Of a stretch of 61,506 bases of DNA, positions 8,669-18,447 are shown one piece after another. Origin of the DNA: Candidatus Subterrananammoxibius californiae (GTDB lineage Bacteria > Planctomycetota > Brocadiia > Brocadiales > Subterrananammoxibiaceae). The notes beneath the pieces were generated by a model. The model searched no databases and was not told where the DNA came from. It was given only the letters and a program-made list of their open reading frames with translations. The stretch's first letter is position 1, and every line of letters starts with the position of its first letter. The stretch lies in NCBI GenBank assembly GCA_030586555.1, contig JAURAC010000014.1, positions 14,707 to 76,212 on the forward strand, in the 5' to 3' direction. The position numbers and the translations under genes were made by a program.

Positions 8669-9634
8669 ATGTTAAAGTCTTTAATCATTTTAATTTTTTG
8701 TTCAGCCATTCCAATAGCCGTAGGGGCTACATTTGCCCAGGTCATGCCTGAGGCAGATTCGTCCGCCTTAGGCGGACGAACAATTGTAATAAACGGTGCT
8801 CTTCAAGAGGACATTAAACGTAAGCCGTTTGAATATAACCTGTATCAAGAGTCACTTATTATCAGGAATGGAAGGGTCTACATATACACTACTGCTACTG
8901 GCATGTCCAGGCAATATTACGTCCTGCATTATTTGCTCCCAGAAACCGTAAAATATGATTCTCAGACTAAAGAGATTGTATATATTATTAAAGATGGTAA
9001 AAGACTCATCATCGGCAAGTCTAAGAAATTTCTTAACATAATCCCATACATTGCCCTGAGAAAAGAGGTAAAGATTCTTAGCTCTCCCTATGATGCAAAG
9101 CTGGTAATAGCCCCTGAACAGGAAGTTCTTAATTCAGAGTTTGGGGTTCGGAGTTCGGACCATGGGGATATGGATTCGATATTGAAGGAAAAGTGTTCAC
9201 AGTGCCATGTCATCAACTATATCCTTGCACATAAAGAATGGACTGAGGATGACTGCCTTCACGTCTTTAGTAGATTACAGGCAAAGAAGACTATCCAATT
9301 AACCGAGAAGGAAGTAAGGATGATTGAAAAGTTTAAAGCCTTCCAAAGGGGTGCTGTCAGCGCTGAAGAGGTCAGGAAGTTTGACAAGTTAAGGGAGATG
9401 GGTAGAAGTGATGTCAGGTCTATTGCAGAAATCGTTTACCAGAACAACTGCGCCCCGTGTCACAGCCCAAGTAAGATGGAAACCATTACCCAGCGTTACC
9501 CAAAACGAAGATGCGCCACCATTGTCCAGAGGATGCAGGAAAAGGACCCTACCCTATTTCTTGAGGCAAATACCGATGCCCTCACCGAGTACCTCTGGCA
9601 GCTAAAGATTCGCCCCACACCTGATGAGAGATAA
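8669..9634 (+). CDS. Exported diheme c-type cytochrome
   Basis: Signal peptide; CSQCH and CAPCH motifs; starts 1 nt after the TPR gene stop. Confidence 0.8.
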   Translation: MLKSLIILIFCSAIPIAVGATFAQVMPEADSSALGGRTIVINGALQEDIKRKPFEYNLYQESLIIRNGRVYIYTTATGMSRQYYVLHYLLPETVKYDSQTKEIVYIIKDGKRLIIGKSKKFLNIIPYIALRKEVKILSSPYDAKLVIAPEQEVLNSEFGVRSSDHGDMDSILKEKCSQCHVINYILAHKEWTEDDCLHVFSRLQAKKTIQLTEKEVRMIEKFKAFQRGAVSAEEVRKFDKLREMGRSDVRSIAEIVYQNNCAPCHSPSKMETITQRYPKRRCATIVQRMQEKDPTLFLEANTDALTEYLWQLKIRPTPDER

Positions 9635-9654
9635 GAATCCCCTTACCCTCCCCC

Positions 9655-10200
9655 TCAGGGAAAAGATAAAGAACATGCATCCACACCCGGGTCATCCGTA
9701 CTTATTCTTGTGGCTGCAAATGTGGCTACAATGCCTGCATAGCCGTCTTCACTCCCGCCAAGAATCATCCATGTTCCTTTCATCTTGTTGTTGTTTATCT
9801 TGTGAATAACTATTTGCTGAGTATACTCGAATGGGCAACCTGTAGCAATCATGTGAGGATATGAACCACCGTTCACGAATCCACGGCCTTTGAAATCTGG
9901 ATTAGGAGTAGCCTCATCTATCAGTAAATTTGTCGTTCCGTCTATCTCAATTTTAGGAAAATCAAGATAATGGTCGGGGTCGTCTATCGGTTGAGTAATT
10001 TTCATTGTAGCTGTGTCATCAAATACTTCACTCGGAGGTTGACCAGCCCAACTGATGTTAGTAAAACGAACGTTTAATTTTACATGCCATGTGCCCTGGA
10101 GATTTGGTGGTGCTACGGCAAAACTAACGCTGGATGATAATAACAAAATAGCAAGTGTTAAAAGCGTTACAAGAAAGCCACCCTTTTTAACACGGAGCAT
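9655..10200 (-). CDS. Hypothetical exported protein
   Basis: AGGAGG RBS, signal peptide ending SFA; no recognised family. Confidence 0.75.
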   Translation of the reverse strand: MLRVKKGGFLVTLLTLAILLLSSSVSFAVAPPNLQGTWHVKLNVRFTNISWAGQPPSEVFDDTATMKITQPIDDPDHYLDFPKIEIDGTTNLLIDEATPNPDFKGRGFVNGGSYPHMIATGCPFEYTQQIVIHKINNNKMKGTWMILGGSEDGYAGIVATFAATRISTDDPGVDACSLSFP

Positions 10201-10314
10201 ACCCTTCCTCCTTTTTCAAAAAAGGTTTTAAGTTGTTCTATTACGTTCACTTTGCTCAGTACAAGCATGGTCATCGGCTCTAAATCTATATTTTAATGGG
10301 ATGAAAGTCAAGCT

Positions 10315-11064
10315 CTAAAAATATTTCAATACAATACAAACATCGTAAAGTGCATGCGTATAAACGGCGATGCCGAGACCTCGAAAGATGAATATTGTGG
10401 ATAGGATTAAGCCTGCCATAATACGGAACAGGAAGCCTTCTGTGGAAAAGGTGTCGCTTAAAGAGCCTATATAGTGCATTGATGAAAAGATTATCGCCCC
10501 TATAACAATACTCAAGAAACCACCAATACCATCGTTTATCTTGCACATCCTGACAAAAATAAAATAGAGGGCGCTAAGCAAAAGCAGCCTAAAGACAATC
10601 TCCTCGTAAACGCCTGCCCCAATGGAAAGAATTATCCCGGTACCCCTGGCAGATGATAGAGAAATGCCAAATCCCAAATCCCAAATCCCAAATAGATTTG
10701 ATCCACCTGAGGCGGATGACGGCATAAATTGGGTTGTTAGAAATTGGCTTGCCTTGCCAAGTAATAGGGCATAAATAGCGCTTTCAAGAAACATAATTGT
10801 ATAGGTGCGAAGTGACAGGAGGTTTTTTCTCTCAAGGTGAAAAGCGGCGTAGAAGAAGATGCTTATGATTATAAGATTAAAGATGAGTGTGCCATTTCTA
10901 CCAAAGATTTCGAGAGGTGATTTGACGATAACGTCTGCAGTATTCTTTACAGAAGACCCGGAAAGTGTGATTGCCACCTCGTAAAGAACCATAAGGGGCA
11001 GGATAAAGAGGAAACTATTCGCAAGGTTCTTAGAGGCAGAAGGATAATTTCTTAAGATTTGCAT
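10315..11064 (-). CDS. CPBP/CAAX-protease (Abi) family intramembrane metalloprotease
   Basis: EEIVFR, FSSMH, HALYD motifs; multiple TM helices. Confidence 0.85.
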   Translation of the reverse strand: MQILRNYPSASKNLANSFLFILPLMVLYEVAITLSGSSVKNTADVIVKSPLEIFGRNGTLIFNLIIISIFFYAAFHLERKNLLSLRTYTIMFLESAIYALLLGKASQFLTTQFMPSSASGGSNLFGIWDLGFGISLSSARGTGIILSIGAGVYEEIVFRLLLLSALYFIFVRMCKINDGIGGFLSIVIGAIIFSSMHYIGSLSDTFSTEGFLFRIMAGLILSTIFIFRGLGIAVYTHALYDVCIVLKYF

Positions 11065-11065
11065 T

Positions 11066-11641
11066 CTACTCTTTGAGTACAGCTATATAGGGCAGATTCC
11101 TGTACTTATTGCCGTAATCGAGTCCATAGCCCACTACGAAATAAGGACTAATCTCAAAACAGTAGTAGTCGGGCTCACTTTCCTTTTGTCTTCTGCTACG
11201 TTTATTCAAAAGGACACAGCTTTTTAATGACCTCGGATTATAATCTTTAATACTCTCCATAATCCTGACCATTGTACTGCCAGTATCAATGATGTCATCT
11301 ACAACAAGGACGTCTTTGTCGGCAATGTCGAGACTAATTTCTTTTAAGATTTTGACCCCACCTTGGTTGGGAATGGTAGATGTGACATAGAGCGATGCAC
11401 AAATGGTATCGAGCCTGATTTGGAAAGGGAGGAGTCTAATTAAATCAGATAGAAATATCAGACTCCCTGTTAAGACCCCGATAATTGTTAAATCCCTTCC
11501 CTCATAATCGGCAATGAGTCTATCGGCAAGTTTACGAACTCCTTTCTTAATCTGCGATTCGGTTATTAAGACCCGCCCAATCTCTTTACCAATATTTACT
11601 TCATTTGACGTAATAACCTTATTGTGCATACTGGCGGACAT
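11066..11641 (-). CDS. hpt: Hypoxanthine phosphoribosyltransferase
   Basis: VLVVDDIIDTGST PRPP motif; FVVGYGLDY..YRNLPYI. Confidence 0.95.
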   Translation of the reverse strand: MSASMHNKVITSNEVNIGKEIGRVLITESQIKKGVRKLADRLIADYEGRDLTIIGVLTGSLIFLSDLIRLLPFQIRLDTICASLYVTSTIPNQGGVKILKEISLDIADKDVLVVDDIIDTGSTMVRIMESIKDYNPRSLKSCVLLNKRSRRQKESEPDYYCFEISPYFVVGYGLDYGNKYRNLPYIAVLKE

Positions 11642-11797
11642 TTTTGTAATCCTATCAAAAAGCTTCTCGATAAATCAAGGCTAAACTTTAACGGACTTAA
11701 GTTCGCCATCCATTGGGGTGGCATTTATCGCTTGACATTTTGGTATGGTTATAATAAATTAAAGAATGTATTTTATGTTCAAGGGGGAGGATTAATT

Positions 11798-12955
11798 ATA
11801 TTTGAAAAATATTTCGTTTCAATTATTAGAAGTGAGCATTCCATAGGGGTAATAATTCGGGCTTCTTTATTCATTCCTTCGGGTTTTTATTGGTTGATTC
11901 TTAAATGTCGGGAATTCCTTTATAGGAGGGGCATATTAAAGAAGGTAAAGGCTCCTGTGCCGGTAATTAGTATCGGCAATATAACCATGGGTGGAACGGG
12001 GAAAACGCCTATGGTAGAATTCGTTGCCAAATATTTGTCAGAAAAAGGTAAAAAGGTGGCGATACTTAGCCGTGGATATGCGTCACGAGTCATGAGTCAG
12101 GAGTCAGGAGTCAAAGGTAAAGACTCAGGACTTAAGACTCACGACTCACGACTCACGAATGATGAGTATTTAGTGCTCTCAGAAAATCTACCCGATATTC
12201 CAAATCTTTTGGGAAAAAACAGGGTTAAGAGCGCTCGGACAGCCATCGGTGAGTACGGGGCAGAATGCTTGATTCTGGATGACGGGTTTCAGCACTGGGG
12301 GTTAGAACGTAACCTTGATATTGTTGTTATAGATGCCCTTAATCCTTTTGACCTTGAGAGGCTTATTCCGCAAGGTGCCTTAAGGGAGCCATTACAAAAT
12401 CTGCGTCGAGCGCATATCTTTGTGTTATCTCATTGTGACCAATGTCTGCAAAGTAGTCTTGATTTGATTAAGCGAAGGTTGAAACAGGTAAATGATAATG
12501 CGCCCATTGTTGAGACAGTCCATTATCCAGTTCAATTGTGTTCGTTAAATCAACCTGCCTCAGGTGGAGAAACCTTGTTGTCTACCGAATGGCTAAATGG
12601 GAAAAGGATATATGCCTTCTGTGCCCTGGGGAATCCAGAGTCGTTCAGATTGACCCTGAATGGGCTTGGCGCAAGAGTATCTAAATTTACCTGTTTTCCA
12701 GATCACCATTTTTATAAGCAGGGCGAGCTTGATGTAATAATTAGAGAAGCAGAGAGTCTTGGTGCAGAAGCCATTATTACTACCCAGAAAGATGGGGTGA
12801 AAATAAAAAGTCTAAATCCCCCCTTACCCCCCTTTAGTAAAGGGGGGATGGTGGGGATTATACCCCTACTCGTCCTCAAGATTGAGGTACGGGTCGTAAG
12901 TGGCAAGGATGCCCTTGAATCAGCCCTCTCAACAATGGAATATTTAAGTGGTTAA
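11798..12955 (+). CDS. lpxK: Tetraacyldisaccharide 4'-kinase
   Basis: GNITMGGTGKTP, LSRGY, LDDGFQH, FPDHH, TTQKD; start uncertain (ORF track 11624; I favour ATA 11798 after GGAGG). Confidence 0.93.
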   Translation: MFEKYFVSIIRSEHSIGVIIRASLFIPSGFYWLILKCREFLYRRGILKKVKAPVPVISIGNITMGGTGKTPMVEFVAKYLSEKGKKVAILSRGYASRVMSQESGVKGKDSGLKTHDSRLTNDEYLVLSENLPDIPNLLGKNRVKSARTAIGEYGAECLILDDGFQHWGLERNLDIVVIDALNPFDLERLIPQGALREPLQNLRRAHIFVLSHCDQCLQSSLDLIKRRLKQVNDNAPIVETVHYPVQLCSLNQPASGGETLLSTEWLNGKRIYAFCALGNPESFRLTLNGLGARVSKFTCFPDHHFYKQGELDVIIREAESLGAEAIITTQKDGVKIKSLNPPLPPFSKGGMVGIIPLLVLKIEVRVVSGKDALESALSTMEYLSG

Positions 12956-13910
12956 AGGAAAAACGTCTTACAAACCAATTGATTTAAGCAAACTAAAGAC
13001 GTATTCTATAAAGGATAGAAAGAACCTCGTCAGTGTCAGGCAGTTTGCCACATTTGCCCCACCCATTAAAGGATTTGGCAAATTTATTAATTCTCTGCCT
13101 AAGGTACTCGCTGCAACAAGTTTTAACAAGGTTGTTGAGGCTATAGTAAAGGCACGCAAAAGGGACCGTCCTGTTGTGATAGCGCTGGGAGGGCATGTGG
13201 TAAAATGTGGGCTTTCACCCGTTATCGTAGACTTAATGGAACGGGGTATCGTTACTGCCCTGGCAATGAATAGCGCCGCCGCAATACATGATTATGAAAT
13301 ATCGTTAATAGGAGAGACGTCTGAAGATGTATCTTGTAGCATCAAAGATGGCAGCTTTGGCATGGTTAAGGAGACGGCAGAGGCATTTAGAGTAGCCTCT
13401 GCTCTCGGTGTTTCTGATAATATTGGACTCGGCAGGGCGTTAGGGAATAAGATTCTCCATGACAAAAACAAATTCAAACAATTTAGCCTTTTAGCAAACG
13501 GCGCAAAACTAAATATTCCAACAACCGTTCATGTTGCAATTGGCGCTGATACAATAGACATGCATCCGAATGTTTCGGGCAAAGACCGTGGCGAATCCAG
13601 TCTTATTGACTTTAAGATATTAACTTCAGTTGTTGCAAATCTTGAGGGAGGCGTTTGGATAAATATGGGCTCTGCTGTCATCATGCCGGAGGTCTTCTTG
13701 AAAGCGATAACAATAGCAAGAAACCTTGGCAATAAGGTGGAAAATTTTGTTACAGTTAATATGGATATGATACAGCACTATCGTACCCAGACCAATGTCA
13801 TTAAGCGGCCAACAAGCCTCGGCTATGCAATTACAGGGCATCACGAGTTAATGCTACCGTTACTTCGCATGGCAATCCTCTCTGCCATGAATGCAGAAAA
13901 AACTAAATAG
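12948..13910 (+). CDS. Conserved protein, deoxyhypusine-synthase-like fold (GSU2086-like), function unknown
   Basis: GGHVVKCGL, HDYE, GSAVIMPEVFLKA, TGHHE motifs. Confidence 0.65.
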   Translation: MVKGKTSYKPIDLSKLKTYSIKDRKNLVSVRQFATFAPPIKGFGKFINSLPKVLAATSFNKVVEAIVKARKRDRPVVIALGGHVVKCGLSPVIVDLMERGIVTALAMNSAAAIHDYEISLIGETSEDVSCSIKDGSFGMVKETAEAFRVASALGVSDNIGLGRALGNKILHDKNKFKQFSLLANGAKLNIPTTVHVAIGADTIDMHPNVSGKDRGESSLIDFKILTSVVANLEGGVWINMGSAVIMPEVFLKAITIARNLGNKVENFVTVNMDMIQHYRTQTNVIKRPTSLGYAITGHHELMLPLLRMAILSAMNAEKTK

Positions 13911-14069
13911 AAATATCTAAGTAGAAAATTAAAAAGTAAAAATTTAGCCATTTTAATTCCTGAACCTCTCAGGAACTGGTTTTAAATTTTTCGTTTAGAT
14001 ATTTATATTGAATTAATTCTTTTCAAAGAAGTAAGTAAGATTTATAAATTTGTTACGAGGCAATAAAAA

Positions 14070-15362
14070 ATGAATAAGTATATTCGGTATGGACTGGTAA
14101 GCGTTGCGCTTGTGTTGACGCTTTCTTATTGTTTGAAGGTCTCTATTGCAGATGAAGCCACGAAACATTACGAGGCAGGCTTAGACCAGTATAAGAAGGG
14201 ATGGTATGACCAGGCAATCAGAGAATTTGAGATGGCTGTAGAACTTAAGCAGGATTATGTGTCTGCTCATTACGGACTTGGAAACGCATACTATTGTAAG
14301 CATTTGTATGATAAGGCTATTAAAGAATATAACAAGGTGCTTAGGTATAATCCTGACCACGCAAAGGCACATTATGCGCTCTGGTTGAGTTATCGTGCGC
14401 TGGGAATGACAGGAGACGCCGAAAAGGAGCTTGAAATCTATAAGAAACTCTCTGGTCAGAAAGGCGAAGAAAAGGCTGCTTCTGACTCCAGTGGTTATTC
14501 TGAAAAAAGGGATTATACAAGGTCTGATGAGCGGACAGAGAGCTGGCATGTTGCAGACAGCCAAGCCCAGATTGGGGCGAAAGCGCCTACAGAGGGTGCC
14601 TCGCACACTGAGGCAAAAGAACAGGAAGCACCCGCTCCACAAAAACAGCCAGAAGAAGAGGTAAAGAAGCAGGAGTCTCATGTTCCACAAGAACAACCGA
14701 GTGAGATGGTAAAAAAACCGGAAGAGCCGAGTGCTCTTTCAGAGATGCTTGCTCAGTTTGAACAGCGGCAAAAAGAGTCAGCTTCTGCTCCTCAACCAGC
14801 TCAACCAACAGCCCAACCAGCACACCAGGAACAACCAGTACAGGCTAAAGAAGAGGCGGTTGCTGAAGCACATAAACAAGCAGAGGCTCAACATGTTGCC
14901 CCCAGCCAACCAGTCGTTCATGAGCAACCGAGCGCCCCGGTTATAGCCGAGGTCAAAACTGAGGGGGGGATAACACCTCAACATACACCACCCCCTGCAA
15001 AGGTAGTCGAACAGGGTCAAGCGTCACAAGCTACAGAAACAAATGTACATGCCCCGAACCAGAGTGGTACAGAGTCAGGTATAACATATTATAAGTCTCA
15101 CCAAACTCAAGAGCCTGCCCCAGGCCAGGGTGGTTCTGTGACTGCAGAAGTAAAGGAAACACACATTGCTGCTGAAAAACCTCGCGAGCATGTAAGGGGT
15201 CATGGAATTAAGGTTAGAATGGAGCATGTGTGGAAGAACGCTCCTATGGGCAAGGTAATTGTAAGTATAGCGATTTATATTTTTGCTGCCCAAGTTTGGA
15301 TTGGCATTGTTGCAACGCTGGGCTTACTTTTTTTGAAAAAAAAGCAAGCAAAAAAACTTTAA
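14070..15362 (+). CDS. TPR protein with Pro/Gln/Glu-rich linker and C-terminal membrane anchor
   Basis: Signal peptide, ~3 TPRs, low-complexity region, TM helix followed by KKKQAKKL. Confidence 0.85.
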   Translation: MNKYIRYGLVSVALVLTLSYCLKVSIADEATKHYEAGLDQYKKGWYDQAIREFEMAVELKQDYVSAHYGLGNAYYCKHLYDKAIKEYNKVLRYNPDHAKAHYALWLSYRALGMTGDAEKELEIYKKLSGQKGEEKAASDSSGYSEKRDYTRSDERTESWHVADSQAQIGAKAPTEGASHTEAKEQEAPAPQKQPEEEVKKQESHVPQEQPSEMVKKPEEPSALSEMLAQFEQRQKESASAPQPAQPTAQPAHQEQPVQAKEEAVAEAHKQAEAQHVAPSQPVVHEQPSAPVIAEVKTEGGITPQHTPPPAKVVEQGQASQATETNVHAPNQSGTESGITYYKSHQTQEPAPGQGGSVTAEVKETHIAAEKPREHVRGHGIKVRMEHVWKNAPMGKVIVSIAIYIFAAQVWIGIVATLGLLFLKKKQAKKL

Positions 15363-15416
15363 CACCATTAAAGTATTACCTACTTTTTTCAAAAAAGTGG
15401 GGGGGGGGATGAAGAT

Positions 15417-16217
15417 ATGAAGTCTTGCTCAATTAAATTGATTTTTATATTGTTGTGGTTTTTGCCCTGCAAGACGACAATCTTTGCCGCGGACGATACG
15501 GAAGTTCATTATACCCGTGGAAATGATTTTTATAGCAAAGGAATGCTTGATGATGCCATTAACGAATACAAAGAAGCAATAGTAAGAAATCCTTTTAATG
15601 CGAAGGCATATAATAATCTCGGTATCGTCTATAAAAAAAAGGGCATGGTAGACGAAGCTATTGATGCTTATAAGAAGGCTATAAGAATCAAGCCTAATTA
15701 TGCAAATGCATATACCAACCTGGGGATTGTTTATGCAAGTAAAGGCCAAATGAATGAGGCGATTGAGGAATATAAAAAATCACTATCATTTGAGCCAAAT
15801 ATTGCTGAGACGCATTACAATTTGGGTAATGCGTATCTAAGGAACGGGAGATTTGACGATGCTATCGCTACTTACAAGAAGACGATAGATATTAATCCGC
15901 AATATGCTGAAGCGCATAATAGTCTTGGGGTTTCCTACGTTAGTAAGGGAATGCTGGATGAAGCAATTACGGAATATAAGAAAGCCATTGAAATCAATCC
16001 CAAACTTGCAAGGGCGCATTATACCTTAGGGAATGCCTATCTACGCAAGGGTATGTTTGACGAGACCATAGCAGAGTTCAAAAAGGTTCTGGAGATAGAG
16101 CCGGATTGCGCTGATGCGCATCGAGACCTCTCAGTTGCTTATGAGATGAAGGAAATGAAGGAAGATGCCGACAGAGAGTTTACAATCTATGAGAAATTAG
16201 TTAGCCAGCAAAAGTAA
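15417..16217 (+). CDS. Exported TPR protein
   Basis: Signal peptide plus ~6-7 canonical TPRs. Confidence 0.92.
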   Translation: MKSCSIKLIFILLWFLPCKTTIFAADDTEVHYTRGNDFYSKGMLDDAINEYKEAIVRNPFNAKAYNNLGIVYKKKGMVDEAIDAYKKAIRIKPNYANAYTNLGIVYASKGQMNEAIEEYKKSLSFEPNIAETHYNLGNAYLRNGRFDDAIATYKKTIDINPQYAEAHNSLGVSYVSKGMLDEAITEYKKAIEINPKLARAHYTLGNAYLRKGMFDETIAEFKKVLEIEPDCADAHRDLSVAYEMKEMKEDADREFTIYEKLVSQQK

Positions 16218-16271
16218 ATATAGAGAAAAACCGAACCCTTTCTTAAACGAGGTCAAGTAACATCACTTTCA

Positions 16272-17795
16272 TTGTATTTTGGAGCTTGGATTTTATTGTA
16301 CAGCAGATTTATAGATATACTTACTAATATTAACAAGCCTAACATCTTAGTAATAGGCGATTTGATGCTCGATAAATACGTATGGGGCGAGGTTAAACGT
16401 ATTTCACCGGAAGCGCCTATTCCTGTCCTGAGTGTCACATCGGAAGATATTAGACCAGGGGGTGCCGGATGTGTTATCAACAACCTTTGTCACATGGGCA
16501 CAAAGGTCTATTGTGCTGGGACCATTGGCGCAGATGCTGAAGGTCGTCAATTGCTAAATCAACTGGCTAAACTTGGGGCTGAGACATCTGGAATTTTTGA
16601 GGATGCAGAGAGACCGACAACCGTAAAGGTGCGGATGATGGGTCATTTACAAACCGCCGGTAGAGGGGTACAGCAGCTACTACGAGTAGATTATGAGAAG
16701 ACTAACCCAGTTCCAATAAATATCGAAAAGAAAATTATCCAGTACCTCGATGAAAAAATACCACAATTAAACGTTGTTCTTGTGTCAGACATGAACAAGG
16801 GGCTTCTATCTAAGGAGATTCTAAAAGCCGTTGTAAGTCTGGGGAAGCGGCATTCAATACCAGTCATTGTGGACCCTAAATTGGGCGAGGACTATACATG
16901 CTATGCAGGGGTAACTGCCGTAACACCGAATCGTCATGAAACCGAATTAGCCACAGGGGTTGCCATTGCTGGACAAGAAAGCCTGAAGACCGCAGGGAAG
17001 AAACTTGTTAATAAACTCGGTCTTCAATGCGCTGTTATAACAATTGATAAAGACGGGATATTTCTTTATCGAAACGATGAAAATTACAGTTTAATTCCTA
17101 CTGTGCCAAAGGAGGTATCAGACGTTACTGGGGCGGGTGATGTTGTGCTGAGTGTGCTTGGCTTTGTAACTGGAAGTGGTTATAGCTTTGAGGATGCTGC
17201 TGCAATAGCGAACGTTGCTGCAGGAATTGAGGTTGGGAAGATTGGCGCAATGCCTGTAAGCGTTCAGGAAATCTTGAAGGAATTAACCGATAGAGAGCAA
17301 CCATTTGCCCATAAGATATTAGATATTTATGGACTATCTGAACGCCTCAATCAGTGTCGTATGAAACGTCAAAAGGTTGTTTTTACAAATGGATGTTTCG
17401 ATATCCTCCATGTTGGGCATATAGAATATTTAAAGTTTTCTCGTCGTCAGGGGGATGTGCTTGTGGTTGGATTAAATACCGATGGGTCTGTACGCAAGCT
17501 AAAGGGTTCCAATCGTCCCGTTGTCCCGGAGCATGAACGCGCCCGACTGCTTGCAGCGATGGAAGACGTTGATTACGTCATCTTATTTGATGAGCAAACC
17601 CCTGATGAACTTATCAAAAAGGTTAAGCCAGACGTATTAGTAAAGGGTGAGGATTGGCGGGATAAGGGCGTGGTTGGCAGTGAGTTTGTGGAGTCCTACG
17701 GTGGAAAGGTAGTTTTGGCGCCTCTTGTCGAAGGAGTCTCTACTACTAACATACTATCAAGAATCTTAAACAGCAAAGTAGTTTATAGCTCATAG
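16272..17795 (+). CDS. hldE: Bifunctional heptose-7-phosphate kinase / heptose-1-phosphate adenylyltransferase
   Basis: RISPEAPIP, DVTGAGD, FTNGCFDILHVGH motifs; alternative TTG start 16296. Confidence 0.96.
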   Translation: MYFGAWILLYSRFIDILTNINKPNILVIGDLMLDKYVWGEVKRISPEAPIPVLSVTSEDIRPGGAGCVINNLCHMGTKVYCAGTIGADAEGRQLLNQLAKLGAETSGIFEDAERPTTVKVRMMGHLQTAGRGVQQLLRVDYEKTNPVPINIEKKIIQYLDEKIPQLNVVLVSDMNKGLLSKEILKAVVSLGKRHSIPVIVDPKLGEDYTCYAGVTAVTPNRHETELATGVAIAGQESLKTAGKKLVNKLGLQCAVITIDKDGIFLYRNDENYSLIPTVPKEVSDVTGAGDVVLSVLGFVTGSGYSFEDAAAIANVAAGIEVGKIGAMPVSVQEILKELTDREQPFAHKILDIYGLSERLNQCRMKRQKVVFTNGCFDILHVGHIEYLKFSRRQGDVLVVGLNTDGSVRKLKGSNRPVVPEHERARLLAAMEDVDYVILFDEQTPDELIKKVKPDVLVKGEDWRDKGVVGSEFVESYGGKVVLAPLVEGVSTTNILSRILNSKVVYSS

Positions 17796-17805
17796 CTCAT
17801 GGCTC

Positions 17806-18384
17806 ATGGTTACAAGTGCACACGAAATCCAAAAAGAGTTACAGGAAAGCATAAAGGTTAAAGAAAGCCTTTTATCAAGCGGTTTGAAGACCATTGAGAA
17901 GATAGCTAATCTTCTTATAGACGCCTTAAAGAATGGGAACGCTGTATATCTTATGGGAAATGGAGGCAGCGCTGCTGACGCCCAGCACATCGCAGGTGAG
18001 CTTGTTGGACGGTTTAAAAAGGATAGACGTCCTCTGCCAGTACATTCCTTTACGACCGATACCTCTATTCTTACAGCGATTGCTAATGATTACGGCTACG
18101 ATTCGTGTTTTTCAAGGCAGGTAGATGCCTTTGTAAAAAAGGGTGATATAGTCTTTGGGCTGAGTACGAGTGGGGACTCTGCAAATGTTTTAAAGGCTGT
18201 TCTACTTGCAAAGGAAAAGGGAGCCGTGACTGTTGGACTTACCGGGGAAAATGGTGGTGAACTAAAAGATGCTGTAGATATATGCTTAATGGTTCCTTCT
18301 TCAAGTACCCCACGTATTCAAGAATGCCACATTACGGTGGGACACATCCTATGCTTCATAGTAGAACGTGAACTATTTACGTAA
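17806..18384 (+). CDS. gmhA: Sedoheptulose-7-phosphate isomerase
   Basis: GNGGSAADAQH, ANDYG, STSG, RIQECH. Confidence 0.96.
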   Translation: MVTSAHEIQKELQESIKVKESLLSSGLKTIEKIANLLIDALKNGNAVYLMGNGGSAADAQHIAGELVGRFKKDRRPLPVHSFTTDTSILTAIANDYGYDSCFSRQVDAFVKKGDIVFGLSTSGDSANVLKAVLLAKEKGAVTVGLTGENGGELKDAVDICLMVPSSSTPRIQECHITVGHILCFIVERELFT

Positions 18385-18390
18385 GACTTT

Positions 18391-18438
18391 CCCCCTCACC
18401 ATTCCTCTCCCCTTGGGGGAGAGTGTTAGGGTGAGGGG
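18391..18438. repeat. C-rich/G-rich palindrome (CCCTCACC...GGTGAGGG type)
   Basis: CCCCTCACC..CTCTCCCC-TT-GGGGGAGAG..GGTGAGGGG; related copies at 12815, 27220 and 35186. Confidence 0.75.
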
Positions 18439-18447
18439 AAATTTCCA

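Noticed and set aside
15240..15362. PEP-CTERM or sortase sorting signal
   Set aside because: TM plus basic tail present but no PEP or LPxTG motif
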